From positions 5,518,001-5,582,000 of the forward strand of contig JBHGNT010000003.1 of NCBI GenBank assembly GCA_043228905.1: a stretch of 64,000 bases of DNA, read 5' to 3'. The position numbers and the translations under genes were made by a program. Position 1 is the first letter of the stretch; each line of letters opens with the position of its first letter. The notes beneath the pieces are model-generated. The model worked only from the letters and a program-made list of their open reading frames with translations. It had not been told where the DNA came from and searched no databases. Below are positions 1 to 11,510 of the stretch, piece by piece. This DNA comes from Azolla caroliniana (Eukaryota > Plantae > Polypodiophyta).

Positions 1-2109
1 ATATGGAGTTCAGATGCATCCGAGGCATTCGAAAGCTTAAAACGAGCATTTACAACGGCACCTATCTTAGCACATGTCGACCCAACAAAACGCTTCATCC
101 TCGAAGCCGATGCATCCGATTTTGCACTAGGGAGTGTCCTCTCGCAGACTGGAGATGATGGACAACTACACCCTGTCGCCTTTCATTCACAAAAGTTTGA
201 AGCTGCAGAGATCAACTACGAGATCCATGACAAAGAGCTTCTTGCAATCGTGGATTCGTTTCAACAATGGCGACATTTCCTAGAAGGTTCTTCTCAGCAG
301 ATCATTGTCTACAATGATCATAAGAACCTGACTTATTTCCAAAATGCTCGAGTCTTGAGTCGGCGACAAGCCCGGTGGGCGCAATTTTTGACTCACTTCG
401 ACTTTATCATCATATATCGCCCTGGGATGCAGCAAGGCAAAGCAGATGCTCTTTCTCGGCGCTCTTATATGGAACTTCGTCCAGGGGAACCTGCTTTTGA
501 GCATCAAAAACAAATCCTTTTGGGTCCTAATCAATTACGATTAATGGTAGTTAATGCCATAACAGCTCTTGAAAATTCCACTCTTCTTGATTCCATTCGA
601 GATCATATGGCCACTGATGATTTCGCCAAGGATGTTTTGGATCATATCGTCCCGGATCGTGCTTCTTGCTCACAGTCGAAAAATCCTCGTAATGACTATT
701 GTCAGTTCTATTGGCATGATGGTTTTCTATTTCGACAAAATTTATTGTATGTTCCTGATGGTCCCCCACGGCTACAAGTTTTGCAACATTGCCATGACTC
801 ACCAATGGCTGGTCATTTTGGAGTTCACAAGACTCTAGAATTAATTTCTCGACGCTATTGGTGGCCTCGCCTTCGTCATTTTGTTGAGGAGTATGTTCGG
901 AGTTGTGATATATGTTGTCGATCAAAGAATCCTCGTCACCGACCCTATGGCTTACTACAACCACTTCCCATTCCGGAAACACCTTGGAAGTCTATATCCT
1001 TGGACTTCATTACTGATCTCCCAGTTTCAAAAGGTTTTGATGCAATTCTCACAGTGGTTGATCGATTTACCAAAATGGCACATTTCTTGCCATGTACAAA
1101 GTCAATTACTAGTCAAGAGACGGCTGATCTCGTTATGCGGGAGGTATTTAAGCATCATGGTCTGCCAGATGATATTATTAGTGATCGTGGTCCACAATTC
1201 ATCTCAAAGTTTTGGAAGCACCTGTTCAAACTTCTCCACATTTCAGTTAAGCTTTCTTCGGGCTATCATCCTGAAACAAATGGTCAAACAGAGCGTACCA
1301 ACCAGACATTGGAACAATATCTTCGTTGTTTCATCAACTATCAACAAGATGATTGGGTTGCATTTTTGCACTTGGCGGAATTCGCTTACAACAACTCAGC
1401 CCATTCTTCTACAGGATATTCCCCATTTTTCGCAAATACGGGCTGTCATCCTCGATGGACGATGAATGCGCATCCAGAAGTTCCTACCAACCCTGCTGCC
1501 GAGGATCGTCTTAGTCGCCTCCAAGAAATTCAAGCTAACATTCTCCACAATTTGCACGATGCTCAATTTACACACAAGAGGCTTGCCGATCGTCATCGTC
1601 TAGACTCCTCAAAAAAGTTCCGCATTGGGGATCATGTATGGCTTCTCCAACACAACATCAAGACCACTCGACCTTGCAATAAATTGGATTACCAACGTTT
1701 TGGCCCTTACATGATCACTGGTAAGATAAGTGATGTTGCATTTCGTCTTGACCTCCCTCCGCACATGCATCTTCATCCGGTGTTTCATGTATCCCTTTTG
1801 GAACCTTATACTACAAGTTCAATTCCGGGCCGTCTTACGACACCCCCACCACCTGTCGAGTTCTTGGACGGGCCTGAATTTGAAGTTGCTGCCGTTCTCG
1901 ATTCTAAAATCGTGCGCAACAAGTTGTATTACTTGGTCGATTGGCTAGGCTATACCCCCAATGATCGAACTTGGGAACCTGCCACAAATCTTTCCAATGC
2001 TGCAGAACTCGTCAATGCATTTCATCGCCAATATCCTTGTAAACCAGGTCCTAATACAAACCCTACGACCCGTGAGACGTGTCGTCGAAGAAGGGGGATA
2101 GTGTCATGA
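1..2109 (+). CDS. Ty3/gypsy chromovirus (Tcn1-like) Pol, C-terminal part: RNase H, integrase, chromodomain; runs off the window start
   Basis: Frame 1 is open from base 1 (WSSDASEAFESLKRAFTTAP...LEADASDFALG...YEIHDKELLAIV). Integrase HHCC (CHDSPMAGH...CDICC), catalytic core (SLDFITDL, SDRGPQF, GQTERTNQ), GPY motif and chromodomain (EFEVAAVLDS...YLVDWLGY...TWEP). The stop codon overlaps the LTR start. Confidence 0.95.
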   Translation: MWSSDASEAFESLKRAFTTAPILAHVDPTKRFILEADASDFALGSVLSQTGDDGQLHPVAFHSQKFEAAEINYEIHDKELLAIVDSFQQWRHFLEGSSQQIIVYNDHKNLTYFQNARVLSRRQARWAQFLTHFDFIIIYRPGMQQGKADALSRRSYMELRPGEPAFEHQKQILLGPNQLRLMVVNAITALENSTLLDSIRDHMATDDFAKDVLDHIVPDRASCSQSKNPRNDYCQFYWHDGFLFRQNLLYVPDGPPRLQVLQHCHDSPMAGHFGVHKTLELISRRYWWPRLRHFVEEYVRSCDICCRSKNPRHRPYGLLQPLPIPETPWKSISLDFITDLPVSKGFDAILTVVDRFTKMAHFLPCTKSITSQETADLVMREVFKHHGLPDDIISDRGPQFISKFWKHLFKLLHISVKLSSGYHPETNGQTERTNQTLEQYLRCFINYQQDDWVAFLHLAEFAYNNSAHSSTGYSPFFANTGCHPRWTMNAHPEVPTNPAAEDRLSRLQEIQANILHNLHDAQFTHKRLADRHRLDSSKKFRIGDHVWLLQHNIKTTRPCNKLDYQRFGPYMITGKISDVAFRLDLPPHMHLHPVFHVSLLEPYTTSSIPGRLTTPPPPVEFLDGPEFEVAAVLDSKIVRNKLYYLVDWLGYTPNDRTWEPATNLSNAAELVNAFHRQYPCKPGPNTNPTTRETCRRRRGIVS

Positions 2110-2572
2110 TAACAGTCACATCATGCATCGAAAGGATCATGACACTCACATTATGACTCGAAAGGATTTGAACCCACGACCTTGTTGTACACATGTCAAA
2201 TCCTTAACCATTGTATTAATATTCTTATATGTATAGTCTCTAGAATATGAAATCTAATATCATAGGAATATTCTATATTAATCTACATTCTAGAATGACC
2301 TAGAATATTCTAGAGTGTTCTATACCACTAGAACCTTCTAGAATACTCTAGAGATCTTCTAGATTACTCTACATTCTAGGATAACCTAGAATATTCTAGA
2401 GAGTTCTTTATTACTTATAAATAGGGATCTACCACCCATCCCAAACCTAAATTGGTTCAACGCCATTTTGTAGCCTACTCTTTGTAATCCATTTTACGCT
2501 TCAATATAATAATTCTCTTTCAATTATCTCTCTATCTCTTTTTCTCTCTCTTTCTCTCTCTCAGTCTTGACA
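2102..2572 (+). mobile_element. 3' LTR of chromovirus element 1
   Basis: Preceded by polypurine tract AGAAGGGGGATAG. Starts TGTCATGA and ends TCTTGACA. Contains a TATAAATA box, TTCTAGAA repeats and a CT-rich U5. Confidence 0.9.
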
Positions 2573-5500
2573 ATTAGTAGTCCAGAGCATCCCATTGTCC
2601 CGGTATTACCTTGGTTTGAATTACATAATCCAAACATAGATTGGAGAACAAGAGAAGTTCGACATCGACAACCCCAAGAATCTACTCATCGAGTTTCGAC
2701 CATTTCACTACATCAATTACGCAAAGAAGGACACAAGGAGGCAATGTTCCTATTTGCAATATCAGTACATCCTTCCAACACTATTAAGTAGGAATCCTTA
2801 GTGCAAGTTCCGGCGAAATATCATCCTTATGCCGATGTATTTGACAAGGTAAAAGCCGGTACTCTTCCTCATCATCGTCCCTATAATTGTCCCATCGATT
2901 TACAACCAGGAGTAGAGCCACCATGGAGACCAGTTTACAACTTGTCACTGACCGAGTTAGAAGTCCTTTGAGCCTACATAGAGGAGAACTTGGCAAGCAG
3001 GTTTATTCATCATTCGAAATCTCTAGCCGGTGCACCCATCTTCTTTGTCAAGAAGGAAGATGCCTCACTTCGTCTCGTCGTTGCTTACTGCAACTTGAAT
3101 AAAGTCACCATCCGGAATAGGTATTCACTTCCTCTTATATCAAGTCTTTTAGAGTTAGTTAATGGTGCCAAGTATTTTACAAAAATCGATCTACGAGGAG
3201 CGTATAACCTCGTGCGGATCCAACCGGGAGATGAATGGAAGATCGCCTTTTGCACGCGGTATGGGCATTTTGAATATACTGTTATGCCGTTCGGTCTAAC
3301 CAATGCACCCGCAGTCTTCCAATACATGGCAAATGATATATTCAGAGACCTCTTGGATATCTGTTTGATCATCTATCTGGATGATCTATTGATTTATTCA
3401 AAGACCCAGGAAGAGCACGATTCTCATGTACTATTAGTACTAAAACGACTCCGCGAGAATGGTTTTTATGCCAAGCTCGAAAAATGTAGCTTCGACTGCA
3501 AGAAAGTGGAATTTTTAGGCTACGTCATCTCCGCAAAGGGCATCTCCATGGATCCAGCTAAAGTCCAAACTCTGTTAGAGTGGCAAATTCCACGGTCGGT
3601 ACGAGATGTACAATATTTTCTAGGCTTTGCTAACTTTTATCGCAAGTTTATACAAGATTACTCGAAGATTATTTTACCTCTCACACAACTTACGAAGAAG
3701 GGAGAAGCATTTCGGCATGGCTTTTCGGCATCTTAAGAAAGCCTTTACATCAGCTCCTATTCTAGATCATGTGGATACAAAGAAACCATTAATCATGGAA
3801 CGCATCGGATTTCGCCCTCGGTAGCATCCTTTGTCAACAAGGAGATAAAGAAGAGTTACATCCTGTGGCTTTCCATTCGCGCAAATTCGATGCCGCGGAA
3901 ATCAACTACGAAATACATGACGAGTTATTAGCCATCGTGGATTCCTTTGTGCAATGGCGGAATTTCTATGAGGGCTCTCCACATCAGGTCGTCGTCTTTA
4001 GTGATCACAAAAATCTTGCTTATTTCTAGAATGCTCAAGTGCTAAATCGACGGCAAGCTCGGTGGGCTCAATTCCTCACGCGTTTCGACTTCAAAATCAC
4101 ATATTGACCGAGGAAGCAGCAAGGAAAAGCAGATGCGCTATCACGACGTTCATATCTTGCACCTCGTCCTGGTGATCCAACGTTTGATAATCAAAAGCAA
4201 GTAATCTTGGGACCAACACGATTGCACACAACGCGGATTTTTCACACCCCAATGGATTCCCGGATTACCAATGCCATACATGCGAACTTGAAGATAGATA
4301 GTTTTGCTCAAGACATTCTAGCGCACATTGATACCTCTCAGGCATCCTGTTCCCAATCTCAACAACCAGGTATGGACTACCAACAATTCAAATATCATGA
4401 TGCCAGTCCCCCGATTGCTCCTGTCGCCTTCAAGTTGTCCAAAATTATCACGACACCCATACGACGGGAAATTTCGGTAGTACTAAGACGTTGGATCTCG
4501 TTCAACAATCTTTTTGGTGGCCCCATATGCGACGTTTTGTCGACGACTACGTTCGGACTTGTGATGCTTGTTGCAGAGCAAAGATGCCCCGACATCATCC
4601 ATATGGCTTGTTGGAACCCTTACTGATTCCAAGTAAGCCGTGGCAGTCCATTTGTCTTGATTTTATCACAGCTTTGCTGGTCTCGAAGGGGTTCGATGCT
4701 ATCTTCACCATCGTTGATCGATATACTAAGATGGCACATTTTGTGCCGTGTACTAAGGCCATCACTAGAAAGGAAACTGTCGCCCTTGTCATGCGTGAGG
4801 TATTTCGGCATCATGGCCTCCCAGACAGTATCATCAGTGACGAAGGACCTCAATTCGCCTCCAAATTTTGGCAGGATCTCTTGAAGATGCTCAAGGTCTC
4901 TTGCAACCTCTCCTTTGGCTACCATCCCCAGACCGATGGGCAGGTAGAACGAACCAACCAAACGTTGGAACAATATCTCTGGTGTTTTCTGAGTTATCAA
5001 CAGGACGATTGGGCTGAGATTCTCCACTTTGCAAAGTTTGCATATAATAATGTTGTTCACTCCTCGATTCGGGTCTCCCCATTTTACGCTTATACCGGTT
5101 CTCATCCTCGTTGGTCGGTGATCGACACCCCGGAGCTAACTACCAATCCTCGTGTCGTGGATCATTTGGAGAGGCTACGCAAGATCCAAATGGATCTCTC
5201 TACTCATCTTCGTCATGCTCAACACACACAGAAGACTTATGTGGATCGGCATCGGTTTCCCTCCTCTTTTGCCATCGGAGATTGAGTATGGTTCTTACGT
5301 CGTCACATCAAGACTACTCGACCGTGCGACAAGTTGGATCATCGACGACTCGGTCCTTTCCGTATTACTAATAAGGTCAATGATGTCACGTTCCGCCTTG
5401 ATCTCCCTTCGCATCTTCAGATACATCCGGTTTTCCATAGCTCTCTTCTTGAACCTTATAGAGCAAAAACTATTCCCGATCGTGTTACACCACCGCCGCC

Positions 5501-5756
5501 CTCGCTTGAGTTGGACGCTGGCCCGGAGTATGAAGTTGCTTCCGTCCTCGATTCCAAACTTGTTCGCAACAAACTTTATTATTTGGTCGATTGGCTCGGC
5601 TATAGTCCGAGCAAACGTACTTGGGAACCCGTCGAGCATGTCGCCAATGCTCTGGATCTTCTTGCTGAGTTCCAACAAAAGTATCCGGACAAACCCGATC
5701 CGCAATCAGCGCCGACTTGTTCCACTCGTCGTCTTAAGGGAGAGATAGTGTCATGA
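2573..5756 (+). pseudogene. Degenerate Pol of chromovirus element 2 (protease end, RT, RNase H, integrase, chromodomain), interrupted at its 5' side by element 1
   Basis: RT motifs APIFFVKK, KIDLRGAYN, MPFGLTNAP and YLDD (2990..3736). Integrase at 4491..5285 and chromodomain at 5334..5756. Several stops and frameshifts. Confidence 0.92.
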
Positions 5757-6200
5757 TATGGCAAGACTCGAACCCATGACCTTATGTTATATGGATCAAG
5801 CTCTTGACCATTATACCATCTATTGTAATGCATAAGATATTATTTTCATTTAAGTTTTATTATAGGAAATTAATGTATATTCCAGATTTCTCTGGAACAT
5901 TCTAGAAGCTTCAAGATTACTCCTGAGAACACTATAAAAGAAGGCACTAGGCATTATGTTGAACCAAATTGGTTCAACGCCAGTCTTAAGCCTCATAGCC
6001 ATCTTGTACTTACTCTTCCTATAATATATCATTTGTTATCATCATCTCTCTCTCTCTCTCTCGTCCTCACTATCTCTCTCTCTCTCTCTCCTCTTCTCTT
6101 TTCTCTCTCTCAGGAGTCTTACGCAGTTCTGTCCTCTTAGTACTAATAGTATTTCCCTTCTCTAGTACTAATTCTCTCTGTTTTAGTACTATTCCTGACA
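5749..6200 (+). mobile_element. 3' LTR of chromovirus element 2
   Basis: Polypurine tract AAGGGAGAGATAG, then TGTCATGA...TCCTGACA. Closely matches (reverse complement) the LTR at 20687..21134. Confidence 0.9.
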
Positions 6201-8387
6201 GTAATTGCAGATCCCATTATCTCGGGACTTGCTTCAACTTCGCGAGTTTGTCGGTAATCAAAAAGAACTTGTTCCTCGGTTGTTCAGTCGGTTAGCGGAA
6301 GCTTGTACTACAAAAGCATCCTTGGCCGACTCATGATTGACCGATGTCCTTTGAGTGTCTTCCGTCAAAATTGAGCTCTTCGATTCGAAGTAGCGTACGA
6401 CCATTTCTGATGCGTTGCAAGCGGTGGTGACATATATTTCCCAAGATGGAGGCAAATTGCTCATCAATAGAATAGCTTTTAGCTCGTCTCTATAGTGACT
6501 TCCTGAGCCAATAATTGAGAACTCAAATTCTCATACTCGTTTATGTGTGCTTGAACCAAATAAGATTCTTTCATCTGAAGGTTGTAGAGGCATCGAATTA
6601 GATATTATATCATTGTCGTGGCCACCATATTTCCACAGGTGTCCAACAATGTCTTCCAAACTTGGGAGACCATCAACCATGATTACACTATGAAGTACAT
6701 TGACTCCAACTAGTGCATCGGAATAGTGGCCTGAACAATCTGATCTAATTTTTCCCACTCATTCGGCTTATACTCTTTTGAGGGTTTTCTGACTCGATTG
6801 GATCTATCTAACCTCTAATAGTAACATGGTCTTGCATTTGTACCTTCCAAAAGTTGAAGTTTGACCCGTTGAACTTCCTTAGACTCATCTCGGATGGGCT
6901 AGATATTGATGCCATTCTATGTTGGGTTGTGAGGCTTTATTTGGAGTTGGCTACAAATAGTGGTAGGGTGTGGCCAATTGGCTCACACGAATTTGTTCTA
7001 GTAAGATTTGGACACAAGCCAATCAACTTTGACTATCAGCAGGTTCTGTGCAGAGTGACGACTACAACCCATTGGCCTAGCCTAATTCGACATGAATTTG
7101 CCAATTGATTAGCCGATTCGATTTCAAATGGTAGTTGGGTACTCAACTTGTTGCGAGTGCCTACGGTGAGTGGAGGAACTGAGGCGACTATTCTTTCCGA
7201 ATATCACCTAGCCGAATTGAGCCTAGTTAACTGCCAATCAAATTCTTGTTGTTGATTTCGAGGAGTTGATCACAGATTATGTGACATTTTGCAAGGTTGA
7301 TCTTGCTTTGAGTGACTACAACGACAAGAGGGACGGATCTAACTGATCTTCCCGAATGTTGTCTAGATAAATGAAGCATGGCTAGGGGTTGTTCCTAGGG
7401 CCGAATTTGCTTCGAGTGGTTATGACAAGTGAGTAGACAACGTCGGATGACCTGTCCGATTATTGTCTAATGTTATGAAGCACGATCAAGACCAATTTGA
7501 TGGAGAATCCACTCCATGCAACTACAATCATATAAACAAAATATAACTGGTTGGCTTACTTCAAGAGTGATTTAGCTTAGTACAGTGCGAACCTTCGGAT
7601 GTCATTCAATTCTCAAGATGAGACCTTGATAGTTGTCGTCCACAAGATTTCAGTTCGATTGAGATCTCAGAGTTTGTTCTACCAACAAGAATCAACTTAG
7701 GAGTGTTCAAGGGGTCAAAGCGAGAGTGCTATGGAAGACAAAGTGGCATCCGACAACCTTGCTCTGATACTAGATGTTGGAAAGGCGATCATTATGTGAG
7801 GAACAATATCAGCACTCATCAAGTAAAGAACACCCCGTTGATGTCGATATAAAGGTGGGAAGAGATGGAAGAAAAAGCAAGCAATGAGTCAAGAATCAAG
7901 AAAGACAACAATAACGAGACACCAACGGCCACAAGAACAATGTAATTGTATTGTTATCTCAGAGAGTTACAATCATGGCACAATGTACAACATGAACAAC
8001 CACATGAACTAGGTTATAAGGCCAGTTATATACAACATGAACAACCACATAAACTAGGTTATAAGGCCAGTTATATACTAATAGACTTATGGCAACTTAA
8101 ACTATTTACATAAATAGCCTAAACCTAGTGTGTCCAATGGGGCAATGTGAATAATGAGACACCAACGGCCACAAGAACAATGTAATTGTATTATTATCTC
8201 AAAGCGTTACAATCATGGCACAATGTACAACCTAAACAACCACATAAACTAGGTTATAAAGCCAGTTATATACTAACTCACTTAGGGCAAGTTACCCTTT
8301 CCACAATTTACATAAATAGCCTAAACCTAGTGTGTCCAATGGGACCATGTGAATACATCCATTATTTTCCCATATTCGATACCAACT
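6201..8387 (-). mobile_element. Ty1/copia 5' remnant: LTR (~7775..8387), PBS and degenerate gag, truncated by chromovirus element 2
   Basis: Reverse complement of 7761..7772 is TAGTATCAGAGC (near tRNA-iMet PBS TGGTATCAGAGC), next to an LTR end (TGTTGG on plus). Gag-like KAILLMSNLPPSWEIYVT and the start of a CCHC knuckle lie at the 6201 junction. The LTR has an internal ~240-bp duplication. Confidence 0.75.
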
Positions 8388-8389
8388 AG

Positions 8390-10860
8390 TGCTTTGATTG
8401 ATATTTCTGATTGGAGTCGTTTATATGTTAATCCATAGTTAGATGTGTGTTTTCGATATCACATAACTCTTTGAAGTTATTTCCAATGTATAAGGTCGGG
8501 GTTATGGATAAAGCATGAAAGATAATGAATTGCAAAGCAAAGGTCAGGAGGAGTTCCTATTAATTGTTTAAAAGCAAATTGCTTCACAATATCAATATTT
8601 CTTTTTGTAGTTGGGCCATTTGATACACTTAAGGTACATGTTAATGACAAGGGATTATTACAAGGTTTAATGTTTAGTATCTCAAATGATTTCAAATTTT
8701 CATTGATGAATGACCAAAGTGCCTATACTACGATTACAAGTAACTTGCATGCTTAGGAAATAAGATAAGGTACCTAAATCTATTATTGAAAATTGTTTTG
8801 AAAGTTCTAGCTTTACTTAAGTAATTTTAGATGGTGTTCTAACTATAGGAATGTCATCCACATATAGTGCTACCCATAACAACCGATTAGATGTATGATT
8901 ATGTCTAATGAATATAGTTGGTTCCAATAACAATAGAGTAGAGTAGCCATGTGAGAGCATGAAATTGTTTAAACCATAATCTAGGAGATTGTTTGAGTTC
9001 ATAAAGTGATCTATGTGGTTGACAAACATAGTTTGATTGAGAGTGTCACTCAAACCCAAGAGGTTGTGATATGTAGATTTCTTTTGGTAAATCACCATGT
9101 AGAAATACTGTTTGTACATCCAAATTATGTACCTCGATGTCAAGAATGGTGGGTAGAGCCATTGGGAGTCAAAATGATGCCATGTAGAGAATGGGTGAGA
9201 ATGTCTCAAAATAGTCAAGTCCTTCAACTTGAGAGCAACCACGAGCCACAAGTCGAGCTTTGTAATGTGCAATGATACCATCAAGGTTTAGTTTTCTCTT
9301 CAAAGACCATTTGCATGAGATAGGTGAGTGTCATGTTGGGACTGGTATTAGAGTCCACATTTTGTTGCCATTGAGAATTCAAGTTCTTTTTCCGTGTTAG
9401 TTTGCCATTCGACATGATCTAGACTTTGCAATGCCTCATTGATAGTTAAGGGATCATCATAAACGTTTGATGTGATTGAGGGGAACCGACTGCTGAGAAT
9501 GCAAACAAAGTTTCAAATTTATGGTCTGCAACGAGTATATCTATTTTGTTGGTGTGATAATAAAGATCTTGAGTAGTATGAACTTTCTTTGGAGTGAATG
9601 TAGGGCTAAGTGAATTAGGTGGTTTCGCAATGTCAGAACTATTTGTATGTTTTACATGCTGTTTATTAGTGGACCATGAAGTATTTCTACATCCTATTTT
9701 AATTACGTTTGCATTCTTCATGACCGATGGAAATTCTCCTTGCCATTAAGGCGTGAGGATCTTCATAATGGAATAATGGGATTTTTGCAAGGATGGGAAC
9801 ATGAATAATCAATGTGATTTAGTTGTGTTCCGTCTAAAGGTTTTTGCTTATGAAAATTTAGGTTATTATTAAGTCTCTTTCTTGTTTGGGTAGAATAAAA
9901 GTTTAATTGGGGCCTGTACATCAATTTGTTGAGATTGTTTGGTTACTAGAGGCGATAAGTTGGAATAATTGGTTGAAGGTGAAACTTGTGGGCGGGGCTC
10001 TAGAGATGAGGATGTTAGTGGAAGAGGGTTAATTGGCATATGGTCAATAATTTGTGACTTGTTGGATTTCAAAGGAAGTTGGCGAAGCCTGCCAAGAATT
10101 ACTAGGTGATGATATTAGTTCTTTGTTGGACATTTTTTATATGGTAGTTGTGTCTTGTGTCTTTTCAAGTCCACGGTGTGGGTGAGGATTAGATATTTGG
10201 TTATCTTTATCAAATATCATCCGTCGACTAAACGTAAACCTTTTGGATTTTGGGTCACATATTCGATAACCCTTGTAGCCATGAGGTTCGCCATACCCAA
10301 TAAATATTGTGCGAACCGCGTTATGATCTAATTTTAATCATAGTAATCATGCGATACATTGTGAGAGTGGTCTTGTTTATATGCTTTTTCCCCTTTATTA
10401 TTGGAATTCCTATAACCATCTTTTGTTTCAGGTCCACTCCTTTGACAAATTGTACAAAACAATTTAAGGAACCTAGATTTGTTATAATCTCTTGATTCAT
10501 TAAATTTTGAGGTTTGTAAATAAAATTTGGAGTTAGTAGATTGGTATGTTATAGGTTTATTGTAAGATTTTTTATTGTATTTTGGATGCTTGTATAAAGT
10601 GTAGTGTGAGATGAGGGTTGATTTATTGCCCTACGAAGTTTTTTTTTTTTTTTGAGATTCATGCCACTAATGTTGGGACACTAATGTTGGCTAATGTTGA
10701 TTTTGTGCTTGATAAATTAAGTCATGAAAGGATCAGATCAGCAAGGCGAAGTCTCCAATTTTTTATAAACATGTCAATGCCATCATTGTCATCCACATTC
10801 ATATTTATTAAAGTTTTTAAATTGGCAACATGGGACGTAACTTCGGTATGGAGGTAATCA
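8390..10860 (-). pseudogene. Old degenerate Ty1/copia pol (integrase/RT remnants)
   Basis: Fragments LYVDDI, PDLCFAIHYLS..HNP..IHWK and a copia RT N-terminal region, spread over several frames. Confidence 0.75.
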
Positions 10861-11020
10861 ACATCTAATCTATCCCATATTTGTTTGGAGGTAGTCAAGG
10901 TTCTTACACTTAACCTGCATATGAAGGAGTTCCACGCGGAGCAGCATCTAATCTATCCCATATTTGTTTGGAGGTAGTCAAGGTTCTCACACCTAACCTC
11001 CATATGAAGGAGTTCCACGA
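10858..11020. repeat. Tandem duplication of a ~85-bp unit
   Basis: CATCTAATCTATCCCATATTTGTTTGGAGGTAGTCAAGG...GGAGTTCCACG occurs twice in tandem. Confidence 0.8.
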
Positions 11021-11510
11021 GAGCATTTAAATCATGTTGCTTCCATGTTGCTTCTATAAATCACACATTTGTTATAGACACACGACAAAATTCTTGGTGG
11101 GGTGGGGTTCCCTCACGGGTGTCATACCATGTAGAATTATAATATTTAACGAGAGAGAGAGAGAGAGAGTTTGTATTTCTTTCGTAATGAAAACCATTAT
11201 TTACGAAAAAAAGAAAGAAAGAAGAGAGTTTGTATTGTTCAATTTTGTGTCTCTAGAATCATCCGACCACTTGCGAAAGAGATTGTGCTCGTTATAGGTG
11301 CCAATGTGCACCTATTTGTTTGTGGAACCTTTTCGCATTGATTTACCTTTTCGATTTATCTTTATTTTTCTATTTACTTATTAAGATTATTAGTTTATTA
11401 CAGCAAAAGTTTTAGACCTTCACTATCCCTGTTTGTTAATCCGAACAAACCAAAAAGATCAGATTGGATGAAAGTTAATTAATCAGATCGCTTGGTTCAT
11501 ACATATTATC

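Noticed and set aside
5760-5825. Functional tRNA gene
   Set aside because: A/B boxes are present, but the acceptor, D and T stems do not pair properly. Reported only as a tRNA-like module.
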